This document shows positions 33,420 to 47,622 of a stretch of 64,000 nucleotides of DNA, in pieces. Under the pieces are notes generated by a model, which did not search any database, was not told where the DNA came from, and worked only from the letters and a program-made list of their open reading frames with translations. This DNA comes from Haplodiscus bocki. Its lineage: Eukaryota. The stretch covers positions 7,998,001 through 8,062,000 of the forward strand of contig OZ296659.1 of NCBI GenBank assembly GCA_965655095.1, in the 5' to 3' direction. Numbering within the stretch: the stretch's first letter is position 1; each line of letters opens with the position of its first letter. The position numbers and the translations under genes were made by a program.

Positions 33420-35200
33420 CTATTACAGTCTTTTTCCATCGGCTAATTGAATGTGAGGAAAGAGCAAATGTTCTTTAGAATACTATGGAATCAAATTATT
33501 TTTGTGTGTGTGAAACGCTTTTTTGTCTTGCGTCAGAGTTCACATGTGACTTCCAAAAGATTGGTAAAAATTTCGAATGAACCTTTACGAAGTGGTTTTC
33601 ATTTGTCCAAAAACTGATTGATTTCAAAATTTTGATGAAAAACAAAGGAGTACAGTGGTAGTGGTTTAACAAGATTGAGTGTGTTCTGCAATATATAATC
33701 AGGAGATTTCTTAGCGCCTTTGGATAGACTTTTGGAAAAGTTTGCAGCATTGATGTTTCAATAGCGAGCAACCAAGTAGAGATTGGTTTCATCATTATGC
33801 TTTTAAACAACGAATTTATATCAGAGGGTTGGTAATGAGAATGAGATGGTAAATCAGAACAGTATTGTGCAGTACCATCACGAAATGGATTTCGAGATGA
33901 AATTTTTTGAAAGATGAGTGGAATATGCGGTTGCGTAAGAAAGATTTTTTTCATAAGTTTAAACATGCAAATAAGACAATAGTTGCGTATTGAGGGCATA
34001 AAAAAGAAATGCAGTTGAATAAACTAGTTTCCAGGTGTATCATCTAAAAGCACTGGAAGATGGGATCCAAGATTTTTGTTCCGTATTTCAGCAGGGCCAT
34101 TTGTCCAAGGAGCATGAAAAGTCTTTGGAGAGTGTCGAATACTAAAAAGTGTACAGCAAATTGCGACATCAGAGTGGAGATATTCAATTCCTTTATGTGT
34201 AATCAGATAGTCAGGAGGACCCAATTTCGATATCCAGTGTTGAGTTAATGAGTCTACAGCGTACTGAGCAGTGTTTGTTGGAGTTGATACAGTTACAGTG
34301 TATTTGCTGAAGTGATTAAAAATTACAATACTGTAATGATTTCCTTCAGCGGCAAAGTTACTATGGTTTAAAAAAGTTGACAATTTCAAGAAGGGTAAAA
34401 CTGCGACTTTAATTTGATTCATATTTTTTGTTTTTACCCAATTGGCTATCAAAACGATCATGGAAGAGAGTTGATGGTGTTTTTTGCAGAAATGGAAGAT
34501 ATCCTTATTGAATAAAGTCCTATTGCGCAATATGCAGATTAGTATGAAAGTGTTCTTGAAATTTATCAAAGGCAGAGTGAAAGAATGTCAATGGTAAGCG
34601 TAGGCGAGATTTCTGGTGAGAAACGCTACCGACGGTACACTGTGGAAGTTTTTCATCATTTTCCGGAAGATCACATTCATTAGTTATCAGCTTAACTTTT
34701 TCATATTTACACAGATGTGGAAAAAACCGATGATAATCCAGCAAGCATGGACTACCAGTAATAATTGGTATTTTTGTCACAAGACATAATTTTCAGTCAT
34801 CCATTCAAACACAATTTTTAGAACGGGATCTTTTTTCCATCTTTCAGTACTGTTTCAAATATCAACGGAGTATCAGGAGATCAAACGAATTCAAAAACTT
34901 GAGATATTTTGTTTGAGGAATGATGGATCAACCATTGAAACAATCAATGACTGCTTCATTACAGATGGATTTGTTTCATGAAACGCGTTTGCAAGTGTAA
35001 ATTTTCATTTTTGAGAGTTATTATAATTTTCAGAGGTGGAAAGGTTGTTAATCAGTGATGAATCGCGGTAAGAACCGATCATCATCTTGTGGTAAATGTT
35101 GTTCAATAGGATTATTGTTATCAGTGATATCAATAACAATAAAAGTTGCAGACTGTTGTAGTAAGGTTTCGGTATTTTTCGTATTTGGTTATTTATCTGC
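33420..35200 (-). mobile_element. Gypsy-like copy C: integrase fragment (Polinton insertion target; continues at ~14685-14714)
   Basis: ORF 34024..34569: GNHYSIVIFNHFSKY..HWISKLGPPDYLITHKGIEY..APWTNG; the flanks join to match 49720-49820. Confidence 0.88.
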
Positions 35201-35203
35201 TAT

Positions 35204-35510
35204 TTGTTAATGTTTTACCTGTTATATGTTGAGGTAAATGGAGAATTATATGTACTTGAAAAAGCTTTTCGTTTCTGTATATATCTTTTTGATATATGAA
35301 GTGCACTGAAAAAACTTTTTGCGTGTTCTAGTTGTAGCTGAAAGATTAAAAATTTATTGATGTAATTCTATAATTTCACTACAAAGAAGTGTACAAAAAG
35401 GCATATGACATCCGTCGCGAAAGATCGCACATTTTAACAAAAAATAAAAATATAAAAAATTCATAGCAGAGTTATCCTACACAGGTTAATTGTTTGTTTT
35501 ATATTATTTT
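35204..35510 (+). repeat. Orphan copy of Polinton right-TIR segment (32881-33185)
   Basis: Direct match including gcatatgacatccgtcgcgaaagatcgcacat and tcatagcagagttatcctacacagg. Confidence 0.93.
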
Positions 35511-36049
35511 CATATTCTCAAAAAAATCTATTTTGATTTTGACACAACCCTATAGTTGCAATGGTTTTATCTTTGTGTTGTAGAGACCCTATTCGTGGGT
35601 TTTTTTCTACTCTACGGCTCCCTATTTTTCCTTTCCCACGCCGTAAGTCTTAAAGTCAGAACTTGAATTTTCCTTTGCATAGCGTCTTTCGAATTTAAGA
35701 TGCTGCCTTCTGAGGTGACTGCGTGAAACTTAGTAAGGCCTCATTTGTCAACTAAGAGAGTTCTTAGATCGTATTGAAGTCCGTTTTACCTATCAAAACT
35801 GTTTTGTCTTGCAAGACATAAAAGTAAAATTGTATGATCAGTATTGATCAGACATTGTGCGCGAACGTCGATTGTTCACAGTTTTGCAATCCTTGTCCTA
35901 AAAATATTTTTCTTCGACACTCTCCCAACTTTAAAATATCCCTTATACGGACAGCTTCATTCGATTTCTTCTAGCAACGTTTTGCTTGAACGCAGTTTGA
36001 AAAATTTTCTCTAATTATACCCACAACCTTTTAGTTGCAGGCAACTTAT

Positions 36050-38990
36050 TGAAAAATTATTGTTTTACGAAGGACGAAACAGAGCACTTATTACTTATTA
36101 CTTTCAGTTTTACTGAAAATTCTTTATAAAATTCAACAATTTGTCTGCCTTTTGAAGAAGACAGTAATGATCTTTGTTCATTTCCTCTTATTAGAGAACA
36201 CCATGATTCCTATTTACATTATATCCATTTTAAGACTTCTGAATCAAGATATGCCGATAAACATTTCACTGTAGTTTTTAACCCGGTCAAAATGAACACT
36301 GGAAACGTTTCGCAGACAAAAAGTCCAAGAGCTGTTTATTTAACTATTCAGGATGTATTTGTACTTTTTCTAAATGAACTGCATGATGCTAATGAAATTT
36401 CAAAACACCCGATATTTGTTTCCTCAGTAGTTGAACAACTCGGTAACAAAAAACATCTGTTTGAACTTTCCGAAATAGAAAAAATTAAAGAACCTAAAAA
36501 TCGATTCGACTGGCTGGGGCGAGATCCTGTTCAAATGAATGCTTTTCAGTATACATTCTTCTCCCATTTAATTGTTTTGGAAACTGTAACAATACACAAA
36601 ACAAATTCTTTTCTCTGATTTTGAGGGAATGTTTCCGATATTTTCATCAACTTCTCTGGAATACTTTAGTGCAATTTGTAATAAACGTTTTGCAAACCAT
36701 TTCACTCAACATTAAGTTTTTCCGCTTTTGATTAAAACTGAAAATGTTCATCCAAAGGAACTTAACTTACTCCAAATTAATACAGAAAATATTTTCCAAA
36801 GAAAAATTCTACCCAATATGATTGCACAAGCAATCACTGCAAACAGACCTGATGATCAAGTTGTCAATGAAAATACATTCAGTTCAATCAGTGATCACTA
36901 AAAAGATTGTGGTCAACAAGCACAACAAAACACCAGTACTGGTTTCCAACCTCAAAAAGAAACATTTTCGGTTTTTTAAACACAAATATTAACAAGACTG
37001 AACTCATTGACAATATTACTCCTACAGTCGTCACTGGATTCTCAATTGAAATCAATTCTACTCTGATACCAGGTACTACAGAACCACTGCAAATTCTCAC
37101 AAAAGACCTTCGAAGCAATTCTATTATTCGCAAAGATCCAAACACATATGAAAAGTTTCACATCTCAAAATAAATCTTCTGGTGTAACCTCTCATCAATT
37201 TCAATTTCAAAACACTGCAAAATTACCATTTTCTCAATTTAATAGAGCCGAAAGGAAAATACCAACGCATAATACATTTACTGATTGAATAAATCAAATA
37301 CAAATTAACCAAACTGTGAAAAATCAAACAGAGAAATCAATTGATCAAACCTTTTCGCTAAACACAAAAAATTTAAATGTTCCAACTCTGTCAAGAATCC
37401 CTGACTCCACTGAAAGTTGGTGAGACTTACTCAATGTGTAGCAGCAACAATGAACCATTCCAAACAAATACTATTCTGAAGGCCTCTGCAAATCTATCTC
37501 AAACGTTAAATCAACCACCCACTGCAGCTAATAAATGTCCTTCAGCGACCTAATTTTCATCATCTTGCACTGTAAATCCAATAAACAGTTCTTCTGTATA
37601 AACAAAAAGAAAACATTACTGTATTTTTTGTTACATTGAGCAAATCTGTGAAAACCTTTGTTGGACTTGACCATCTTTATACTCATGAAAAATATGTAAA
37701 TCAAACTAATGCAAACATTATATTTTTTGTGGGAGAACCATCTCTCGAGCTTTTACCCTAAAATCAATTGCAAAAACGAAGATTCGTACGTTTACAATGT
37801 TCTTTACCTGGAATCGCTGTAAGCTGGTTCTACGTGACTACATGATGTAAGTTACAACAATGGCTAGTCTTCCTTTGTATCTGCATTTAAAAGGTACTTT
37901 TCATTACAGAAATCGGCACATCACGCATAAGTTGAAGCTCAAGTTTTCACGAAAAAGAAATTGAAAACGAACGTCATTATGCTGGGAAAGTTCAAAATTT
38001 AGTTGAAAAAGGCTGGTTTAAAGAATCCGCTGCAAATATTAACCTCCAATGTAATGAATTTTTTGCTAGAAGACTACCAAAAGCACTGAAAGACTATGCT
38101 CATAAACGACAAGTCAAACAAACATCTACTGTCATGTGATTTTCCACTCCGTTTTTTACACTGGATAAATTTGTTGACGCTGAAGATATTACGAAAAAAA
38201 ATTCTCTTATTCTTGCTCTAACACTGGAAATTAATAATGTAACATTAAATTATGAAGCTCAAAATTTTTTGGCTGAAATTCCTGATTCGAATCCAGAAGT
38301 CATGTTCTCACAAACAACTGATCTGAAAAATAGGAGTAAACCTCAGTTGGGGAAATACTATGATTCTTGTCATAAAGCCAATCATTCTGTCGCATTTGAT
38401 TCCGCAAACAACGCAAAGAAGAAGAAGAAAGAAAACAGAAGTCTCAATTTCGATCGACATCACTTGTGAAATCATTTACTCAGTTTTTCAAACCACACCA
38501 AAATCAAACTAATTGAAAAGAACAACCTTCTTCATATTATGTATATTTTTGTTTTCACGCAATAGTTATGATTGAAGAAGTCCTTCATTTTCAAGAAATC
38601 GAGAGTCTCCCTATCGATCTTCTCGTTTTAGATCACTTTCATTTTCTCGTGATGGACGTGAAAAATCTCGTTCTCGATATCGTTGCCGTAATAGAGAAAT
38701 CATATCTACTCGAGCTCCATCCTATTGAAGATTACTGAATTTTATAACCGACGGAGGTATTCCAGATATCTCAACTATTTTTAAGCAAAGGAATCACTTT
38801 TTTCTTGAACCAACTCCCGATATTGACAGTACTTTAAAAATTATTAATCTTCATATTGACCTGTAACAAGACCACGATCAGGTTCTGCCTCCAAATCTAA
38901 AAGATTTCGTAATAATGTACAACCACGTTCCTCTGAAACTCGCCGCCACTCTATTGAAAAAATTTCAAAGTCGAAAGACAAAATTGAATT
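36050..38990 (+). pseudogene. gag: gag with long N-terminal extension (copy D)
   Basis: KSPRAVYLTIQDVFV block; capsid-like LVEKGW..ESAA.IN..C...RLPKALKDYAHKRQ; degenerate zinc knuckle (~38355-38410); Arg/Ser-rich tail. Confidence 0.65.
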
Positions 38991-41900
38991 TAATATGTAT
39001 ACCATTGAAATGAAAAAGCAACAACTCCAACAACTTGGTTTCATAATCTGTATATTCATTCTGAAAACGAAAGCTACTTTCAAGAAAAAGTTACCTTGAA
39101 GCGTAGAAACTGCTTTTCCATTAGATAAAAGTGCGTCTAATTCGTTATTCAAAATACCAACCCAAACGACAAACACTTAAGTGTTCAATTTTCGTAATCA
39201 TGATCAACATTATACATAACCGATATTGATTGTTGCAAGGGAATCTGAAGTTCCAATTTAACAATGTATTTCTGTAACTTGTTTCTCACCGATACAAACA
39301 AAATCAAGATGATCTATGATTAGTTTCGATGTGGTTGATATCAAAGACAAAAGTGTCCGAACGACATCCGTGAAAAATAGATACAAAACATTATTATCCA
39401 AGTCTCACCATGAATTTCAAACATTCATTCAATGATGAACCCACATTTGCGCATTCTATCGGACTGAATGATAAGAACCTTGAAGTCTTTTCATTTATTT
39501 ATCAAATAACTTCAAAAAGGCCGCCATACAATGAACGCAATATTGTTCAAACTTTACATTTTCCACTGAGAAATTCAAAAACTTGTCGCTTAAGACTAAA
39601 AATCATGAACCAAAATTTGCTGAAAAGACTCAAGCTCATTTTCTGCCGAATTTGAAATTATACTTTTCCCTTTTGGAAATTTTATCGAAAAAATCATAAA
39701 ATTCATACTCAGTAATACTTAAAAGTAATACTATGCATATCGCTATACTTCCAACTGAATCATTAAAATAAATAGAAATTCCTACTACCACTGTGAAACC
39801 GTCTCATTATAGCAATTTTGATTCAAATACACTGAACCATTCCACAGATCATACCTACCATCCTGAAATAACTGAATCAACTAACGTTCTTTATCAAGAC
39901 ATGAAACAATTAAATATTTCCTTGGAAGTTAACCAAAATGATTTGTATGAAGATCCAAGTTTTAACGAAACTGTCTGTGATGTAAAACCGTCTTTAAAAA
40001 GATATTCACGAATTTTTCCACCTTTATCATACTCTACAGAAAAATTTAAGTTTCTGAAGAAATTCCATTTTGTTTTCAACTCTGCAAACTTCTTGTTGAA
40101 ACCAAAAACTTTTCTGCCACTGATCGTGTTGAAGTCGGAGCAATTTCTACTCCACCTCCGATTAAATTGAAGTCTGATGCTAAACTGCAAACACAAAGTC
40201 CTACTAAACTTCCAGTTCATTATCGGCACAAATTGAATACTTCACTGGATGATCGACAAAAAATTGGAAACATAAAACAAATTGGTTCAATGTCTCATAA
40301 AACCTACTTGGGCAACTACTTTTCTGAATCCATTGATTATCATATAAAAGATTAATTCTATCAAACTTGGATTGGACTCTAAATATCTCAACTCAAACAC
40401 TGATGGAGCATCCAAATTTTGACCCCTGGAACCTTAAGCAACACATTTTGCTAGGGTAAATAAAAATCTGAATCTGCAGTTGATCTTATGTAGGCTGATG
40501 CACATGCTACATTAGATGACCAAGCTGTTAAATTAACTGGATCTCCATCTGGTGATAAATTTTGCTTTCATCAGAAGTTTTGATGGTCTCGGAGGTCTTC
40601 CAAAGTTTTTATTACATCAGATGACTCTTTTTTTAAAACATTTGATCCGTAAAGGATCTGCACTGGTTTATATTGATGATATTCTACTCATTTCAAACTC
40701 CAAACCAAGTATGCTACAACTTATCACGCAACTTCAGGATGTTGTTTGAAAAAATCTGCAGTTAGCTCCTGAAAAAAGTTTTTTTATGCTTCTCTCTGTA
40801 AATATGCTAATCATGAAATTGGTTTTAGTATTGTTGAATCAATTTAATCCAGAATAGCTGCAATTCGTAAGATTATCCGTCCGACTACAAAAAGTGAACT
40901 GACGAGTTTCATTGGACCAATGAACCTCTATTTTAAATATTCTCAAAAACTTCATATGAAAAACATGCCTCTGTATGATTTACTTCATGATTGTAATAAA
41001 GTTCACTGGATTATTAAACTGGAAACACTGTTTCCACAAATTAGAACTTCTTTTCAAAAAAAAGGTACTCTGACACCACCCAATACAAACCATTCATTCT
41101 TTATTACTGTAAATTCTTCTTTCATTGGTATAGGCTGTTTCTTATTCCAAATTAAAGTTTACTACTAATGAACAAAAACTGTTTACTACTTATCTTGGAT
41201 TATTCGGTTTTGTATTTTCGGTAACCATATATGAACAAAAAAATTTGGCTCTGATCATTTAATTCAATTAAAGTTTTCGATGCTTATAAGCCAATCCTTA
41301 GCTGTTTCACTAAGAAAGAAAAGCTTCCTCCCTTTTTCTATTTTTCACACCTGCAGTTACCCAAATTTCAAAAAAAAACGTAAAATTAATGAAGAAGGAA
41401 GAACTTTTTTGTAGCTGATTTGTTAACCCGATGTTTTAATCAAAAAGAACTGCAACTGAATCAAATAAAACACACAAAGTTACTTCTGCAAAGTCATTAT
41501 GCAAAACCGACATATGGTAACCAAATGAAACCTGTACACTATTCGATGAGACATTAAAGTTTACTTCCTGCACAAAAAGGCGATTGTCATCTTATTTTAG
41601 CTGACTTCGGAAATTTTCATCGCTCCAATCATATTATTGACCAAACAAAAAATATCTTAATTGAACCACTAGATTGAATCTCTCTTGAAGCTGTCAAACC
41701 ATCTCAAAGTCAATTGAATAATACAATCCAGAAAGCTACTAAAACATTATTACAGCAATCTGCATTTTTGATTGACACCGCTATCACTGATGAAGATGAT
41801 CCTTTTCAAAAATTGTTGCACAAATGATGATCCTTTCTCCCCTGATTTTTCAATGATTATCAACCCACCTACCCTTGACTAAAAAGACTCTCAAAATGAC

Positions 41901-43230
41901 AATTAACAGCTGCAAACTAATCATGGAAGAATACCATCTGTAACCAAACAATCATTGAATAATTCATTCTTTGGTTCATCGTTCTTTAAAAACACATTTG
42001 AAAATATAGTGTTCTTTTCACCCTCTGATACTCCTTTGAACGTTGAATCAAGACTGCCATTCAAAAAAAGAGATACTAATTTGAAGATTGTAAATAAAGG
42101 GATCACTGAAAAATTACGTCCTGTTGTAAAAACACCCCTATAACTGCTAGTCCATTCTTGCCAGAACATTATCAATTATCTCCAAATCTGTTGAGTAATG
42201 GAAAGGCTAAACTAAAAAAACCCGAACTCTGCAAAAATATAAAAAATTCCATAGTACACTAATGATAAACTTTCTTCTCAAAAATCTCGCTCACGCTTAC
42301 CACTGATTTTGTTTCAGTCTGCATTTGATAAAATTCATGAAAACGCTTATGCTGGTCTGCATTTTGCACATTAAAATTTTCATCAAATTTATTGTATTCC
42401 ACTTCTGCAAAAAAGACAGTCGATTCTCATTCGCGAATTTTTTGATTGCCAATTGGATAAAACGAAAAAAAATTAAGCAAAACAAAGCTGCAATCTTCCC
42501 CTTCTCGAAACTGTCAACTTTTCTCAACATTGGTGTTTTTTATGGTTACTAAAGGTTCAGTAAACCTTGCTTCTGAAAGAAAACAATACCTTCATGTAAC
42601 TTCCGATCATTTTACGATTTACATTGCAACTGTACCAACTGCAAAAAAAAATCTCAATACAGTGTAACTTCCTGAATTAACACTGGAAATCTAAGTTTGG
42701 TCGTCCTCAATATCTGATTACACATAGAGGAACTGAAAATTTTAATTCGGAAACGGAAAATAAATGCTGTATTGTCTGTAATTTTCCTTTTTCTTTGAGA
42801 ACTTCACTTTCCGCGGGGACAAATGGATTTGTTCAAGCACAAAAAAAGTCTTGGAACCCATCTGCGACTATTTTTGTACGACTTGCTTAAGAATTGGTCT
42901 ATTCAAGAACATTTCTTTGATTACGCTCACAATTCTCAACCATTATCACGTCTGCTTTTTCATACAAATCTATATGAAGAAGTTTTTCATACGCAACCGC
43001 ATAATCCAATGAATTTCCAGTCAAACCTTTCTCGAAACATTTTTCGTGGAAGTACTCTAGGAAATCGTTCTTGTTTGCTTCCTCCTTCTCATTATCAAGG
43101 AATTGACTTATATCGGTTGTTTCATAGCAATAAATTGAAACCAATTCCTGCTTGGTTCCTTGCTATAGAAACAGCACTGCTGCATTTTTTTTCGAAAGTA
43201 TATCAAAACGCACTTTTATGTACATGTTTA
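38990..43230 (+). pseudogene. pol: pol (PR-RT-RH-INT), copy D
   Basis: GSALVYIDDILL (YIDD at 40669-40680); integrase KFGRPQYLIT.RGTE and LGTHLRLFL..NWS..FFDYAHNSQP. Confidence 0.88.
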
Positions 43231-43879
43231 CATATGTTTGTTCCTTTTTATAAAATGGAAGAACTTCACCTTTTTTATTCTCCAAAAAACTGGAACTTCC
43301 TACTGATGCGTCACTGATTTTTACTTCTGAAAAAAAGGTAAATGGTTCGTTTCCTTTCCCATTTATGGGTTATCATATTTTTTTCTGTAATTCTGTTCGG
43401 CGAAGTGGCAGCAAGCAACAGTCTTCTGTTGCAAGACAAATTGTTGCGTTTTTGAAATGGTTTTTCTTCTAACAGTTCATAGACCACAAAAGTCATCAGC
43501 TTCCCAAATTGCAATGATTCTAAGACAAGTAATCAGCATTTGGTTTGGAACCACTTTTTCCAATGTTCAAAAGTTGACAGCGAATTCACAACAACAGTAA
43601 CAGGAAGATCACTCTGCTCCTCAAAGACCCATAAAAATTCTGTTAGCACGTCGGTTTAGAAATGTAAAAAACTCTCCAAGCGGAGAAATTCAGCTGCTAA
43701 AAGCCGCAGTAGTAGTGTTTTATCCATTCTGACCGGAGATTATGTTGTGCAAACGGGCTTGTTTGAAACGCATTTTCTGAGAAACTGTTCTACTTGCACA
43801 TCCTCATCACAAGTTCAGCACAAAAAAGACACGCGGAGGTGTGTTTTTTTGACGAAGGAGAAAAGATCATGTTTATATC

Positions 43880-45890
43880 ACTAAATTGATTTAATTTAGA
43901 AGCTGTCAAACCATTTTAAAGTCAAATTAAAAAATACTAAAACAATATTACAACAAATTGCAATTTTGAGTGATACCGATATCACTGATAAAGATTGTAC
44001 GATTGAAAAAAGGATAGCACAAAATGAAGGTCCTTTTTCTCCTGGTTTAGCACTGATTAACAATGCATCTACCTCCGAAATTCATAAGGACTCTCAAAAA
44101 AGAAAAATGATAACTGCAAACTATTCATGAAACCTATCTTATGTATTTTAACAGTGATTGAATATTTCATTGTTTGATGCATCCATTTTTGCATTCAAGG
44201 AGTTCTTGAATTTTTTCACCTTCTGGAACTCATTTGAAAGTTTGAATTTTATTGAAATAAGAAATAGAGGAACCTTTTTGAAGTTTGCGTGTATATTGAT
44301 CACCGAAAATTCAAGTCCTGTTGAAAAACACTCACTTTAACTGTCAGTCCTTTCTTGCTGGAACATTATCAATTTTTTTTCAAAACTTTGTATTGATAAA
44401 AGTACTAAACCGACATTTTTTAAAACCCAACATCTGAAAAAGAGTGATACTTTTCCACAGTACACTGATGATTACCTTTCTTCTCGACTACCTCGTTTAT
44501 GCTTACCACTGAATTTGTTTCGTTATGCATTTGATAAATTTCATGAACACTTTCATGCTGGTCTGCACATCGCGAAACTTATTTTCAATCAGTAATTTTG
44601 TATTCCAGTTCTGCAGAATCAATTGTTGATTCTGATTCAAGACTTTATTGATTTCCAAATGGATAGAAACAAAAACTTGAAACAAAACAAAGCTGCAATC
44701 TCATCTTTTTGGAAATTACCAACTTTCTTTAAACCATAGTATTTCTTTGGATTCTAAGGGTCCAACAAAACATGCTTGTGAAAGAATTAATTACATTTCT
44801 GTAAGTGATGATCATTCTAGCAATTTTATTTCAACTGTACCAACTCCAAAAAATAATGGTCATTACGCTGTACCTTCTTTTTTTCACCTCTGGATTGCAA
44901 AATTTGATATTCCTCAATCTCTCGATACCTGATAAAAGTTAGAGAAACTGAATATCCTATTTCTGAAAAGGTAACGTGCTGTACTCTGTCCATTTCTCGT
45001 CAATCTCCAAAAACTCAACTACTCCTTGGACAAACGGACTTGTTGAAGTACAAAATAAAAATGCTGGAAACCATCTGAGATTTTTTCGATATGATACCCC
45101 TGAAAAATGGTCTATCCATGTACATTTCTTTGCTAAAGCTCAAAAAACTCAACCATTATCACTTCTGCATATTTCACCACACGAAACAGTTTTTCATACG
45201 CAAACACGTATTCCACTGAAGTTTCAACTGAATCTTTAACGAAATCCACTCCGTGAATGTAGTGCACCATACTGTTCGCATTTGCCACCTCATTCTCATT
45301 ATAATTCAACCGACTTAGATCCGTTGTTTCATGGCATTATATTGAAAACAGTTTCCGTTTGGTTGCTCGCTATTGAAACAGCGAAATTGCAAATTTATTC
45401 AAAAGTAAATCAGTCTGCTCTGAAAAAATTCTCCTTCATATACAAAGCAAAATTCACCGAAAATTGAAAAACCATTACCGCTGAATTCAACTGTTTTACA
45501 CCGAAATTTAAGGCTGTTTAATTTTAGGATGAACTGAAACCACTTCGTAATGGCACTTTCAAATTTGTTAAGAAGCCTAAGGGAGCCACGTTTGAACTTT
45601 TGACACAAAAAGGAAAAACATTTCACGCACAATGGAATCTTTTGATTCCACGTTATCCTAATAAACCTCTGCACTTTCTTCACAATAAAATATACAGTAA
45701 ACTAAGTACTGAATTTATTCAAAATTTTGAAACTACAGACTTGATTCAAATTGATTTACAAAACTTCATACGAAAAATTCTGAACTTGACATTAATGTTT
45801 ATGATGATGAACCGTGCTATAATGACGGTGATGATCAATCAATTGTGTTCCATAATTAAATATACGAGTCCTTAAAATCAGATGATAAAC
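43880..45890 (+). mobile_element. Gypsy-like copy E: RH-INT linker and integrase fragment
   Basis: Parallels 41680-43200; HAGL, DSKGP, PWTNGLVEVQNKN.GNHLR motifs. Confidence 0.87.
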
Positions 45891-45919
45891 AGTATTGAAC
45901 CTGTTCTTATTCAAAGACT

Positions 45920-47622
45920 GTTGGGGTAGCTTCTAATGCAGGTTCATGTGTCAGTACATAGTTCACATTATTGTCAGGATCTGAAACCATGACATTCTTA
46001 GCACTAATACCACAAGATATAGAGGTAGCTTAATTGAAAGTTGGTCTTGTTATTGGATCAATAATTTTTACATTATGTTGATAGTTTAATGGTACGCCAT
46101 CAAATTATTTATCAGTTTCAAACAGAGGTGAAGGAAAATGAGGACCGTCAAATAACCAAGCAATAGACCCTTCTACATAGAGAAAGTTACTACGGATTCC
46201 TGCTAGAAGGTAACCAGCAAGATGAGGATGTTGAACAGACACTGTTAAAGAGTTAGCAATTGCGTTGGCTCTAGTTCCCAGATATGATAAAATGTATTCA
46301 GTTCTTGAATAGTCTTAGACTTAAATACATGATTGACAGAATAATCTATCTTTGTGTTTAGACGAGCAGCCTTGTCTACAGTACTGAATTAAATAAATTT
46401 GTCGAAGGAGGAAAAAACTTTTTTTACAGAATCAAAGACCAATGCTTAATGGCGAAGACAATGACTGTTGACTAAATGATGAGTCTTCATCAACAACAAC
46501 TGGGTTTTTGTTTCCAGTGTTCCCATTGAAACCCTCACGATAAATGACAAACAAGTGAAGACATTGAGTTGTGTACATTTGTGTCAATTTTTACGGAAGA
46601 AAAATTTCTGGGTAAGTTTCCAGTTTTGATAATGTTGGTGTGGTAGTTCCCAGTGTTGAATTAGTATGATGAAAAACAGTTGGCAGTATGCCTTCCATAT
46701 TTTTTCCAGTGTTCTTTCCAGTAAAAAAGACATCAGTTTCACCAATAACGATTTTTCAGTTCAGACATTCGTCCAATGAAGTCAGAGATATGGACTATTA
46801 AACATAAATCTCCAGGAAACCAGGCAATAGTAAATGGATGTTTCAGTGTCTGTCCACAGGAACCTTCAGAAAGCAGACATGGAAGGATATGGCCTTCAAG
46901 TATTAGTTTATCTGGTTAATCATCATAACTCAGAGAGGTTTCTTAATGATTTAATGACCAATTATCTTGATCAAAAAGATGTTCGTTATCTTCTGAATGT
47001 CTTGATTTTGAGTTTTCAGTACCAGTATTGCAATCATATTTTTTCGCTTGATAGGTGGACCAGTATGTACAGTATTCAGTTTGGTTACATTAAAAGATGT
47101 TTGTTTTTTTCATGTCGAACTTGAAAACTCAGTCAATCAAAAATTGTTGAAGGGCCGTTGTAGGAAGTCTGATTAAGCTCAGAACTATCCGTACAATTAA
47201 GGTTTGGGATAAAAGTCTCACAAAATTTTTGATCCACGTCTTTAGGTAATGACATGGAGTTAGTACACCAGTCATTACGATCACGTCTATACGGTTGGTA
47301 TGCGCACCATGAGCACAAAAGACCATGTGCTTTTGAACTGTTGCAGAGCAGTGAAAGGCTTGACTTCTCTTCGCCATAGCACAAAAGGAGACAGAACCAA
47401 ATTTTCTTGTAATTTCAATTTCAGAGGGAACTTGGGTACCTTCTTGTACTCGAGTTAAACTAAATTGTCTCAGATTGTGCTCTTTCTTGTTTCGAACAAC
47501 CATAATGAGTAGCTAGGATTTGAGTTAGCCTAGGATCATCCAGTTGATATAAAACTTTCAGAAGTGATTGTAGTAACAGTGTGCAGCAAAGAGGAAATTA
47601 TCACTACAGAAAATAAAATCAT
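45920..47622 (-). pseudogene. env: Envelope glycoprotein, N-terminal two thirds (class III, chuvirus G / gB-like)
   Basis: Signal peptide MILFSVVIISSLLHTVTT; ILATHYGCS..HNLRQFSLTRVQE.TQVPSEIE; Cys-rich AFHCSATV..FC; LTVSVQHPHLAGYLLAGIRSNFLYVEGSIAWLFD. Confidence 0.72.

Larger units (their letters stand above)
35520..43230 (+). mobile_element. Gypsy-like copy D: 5'UTR-gag-pol, degenerate
   Basis: Reverse-homologous to 50000-58720; contains RT YIDD and integrase motifs. Confidence 0.9.

Noticed and set aside
43880-47622. env antisense to pol within one element
   Set aside because: The env belongs to minus-strand copy F (colinear with its gag-pol); the plus-strand integrase is a separate adjacent fragment
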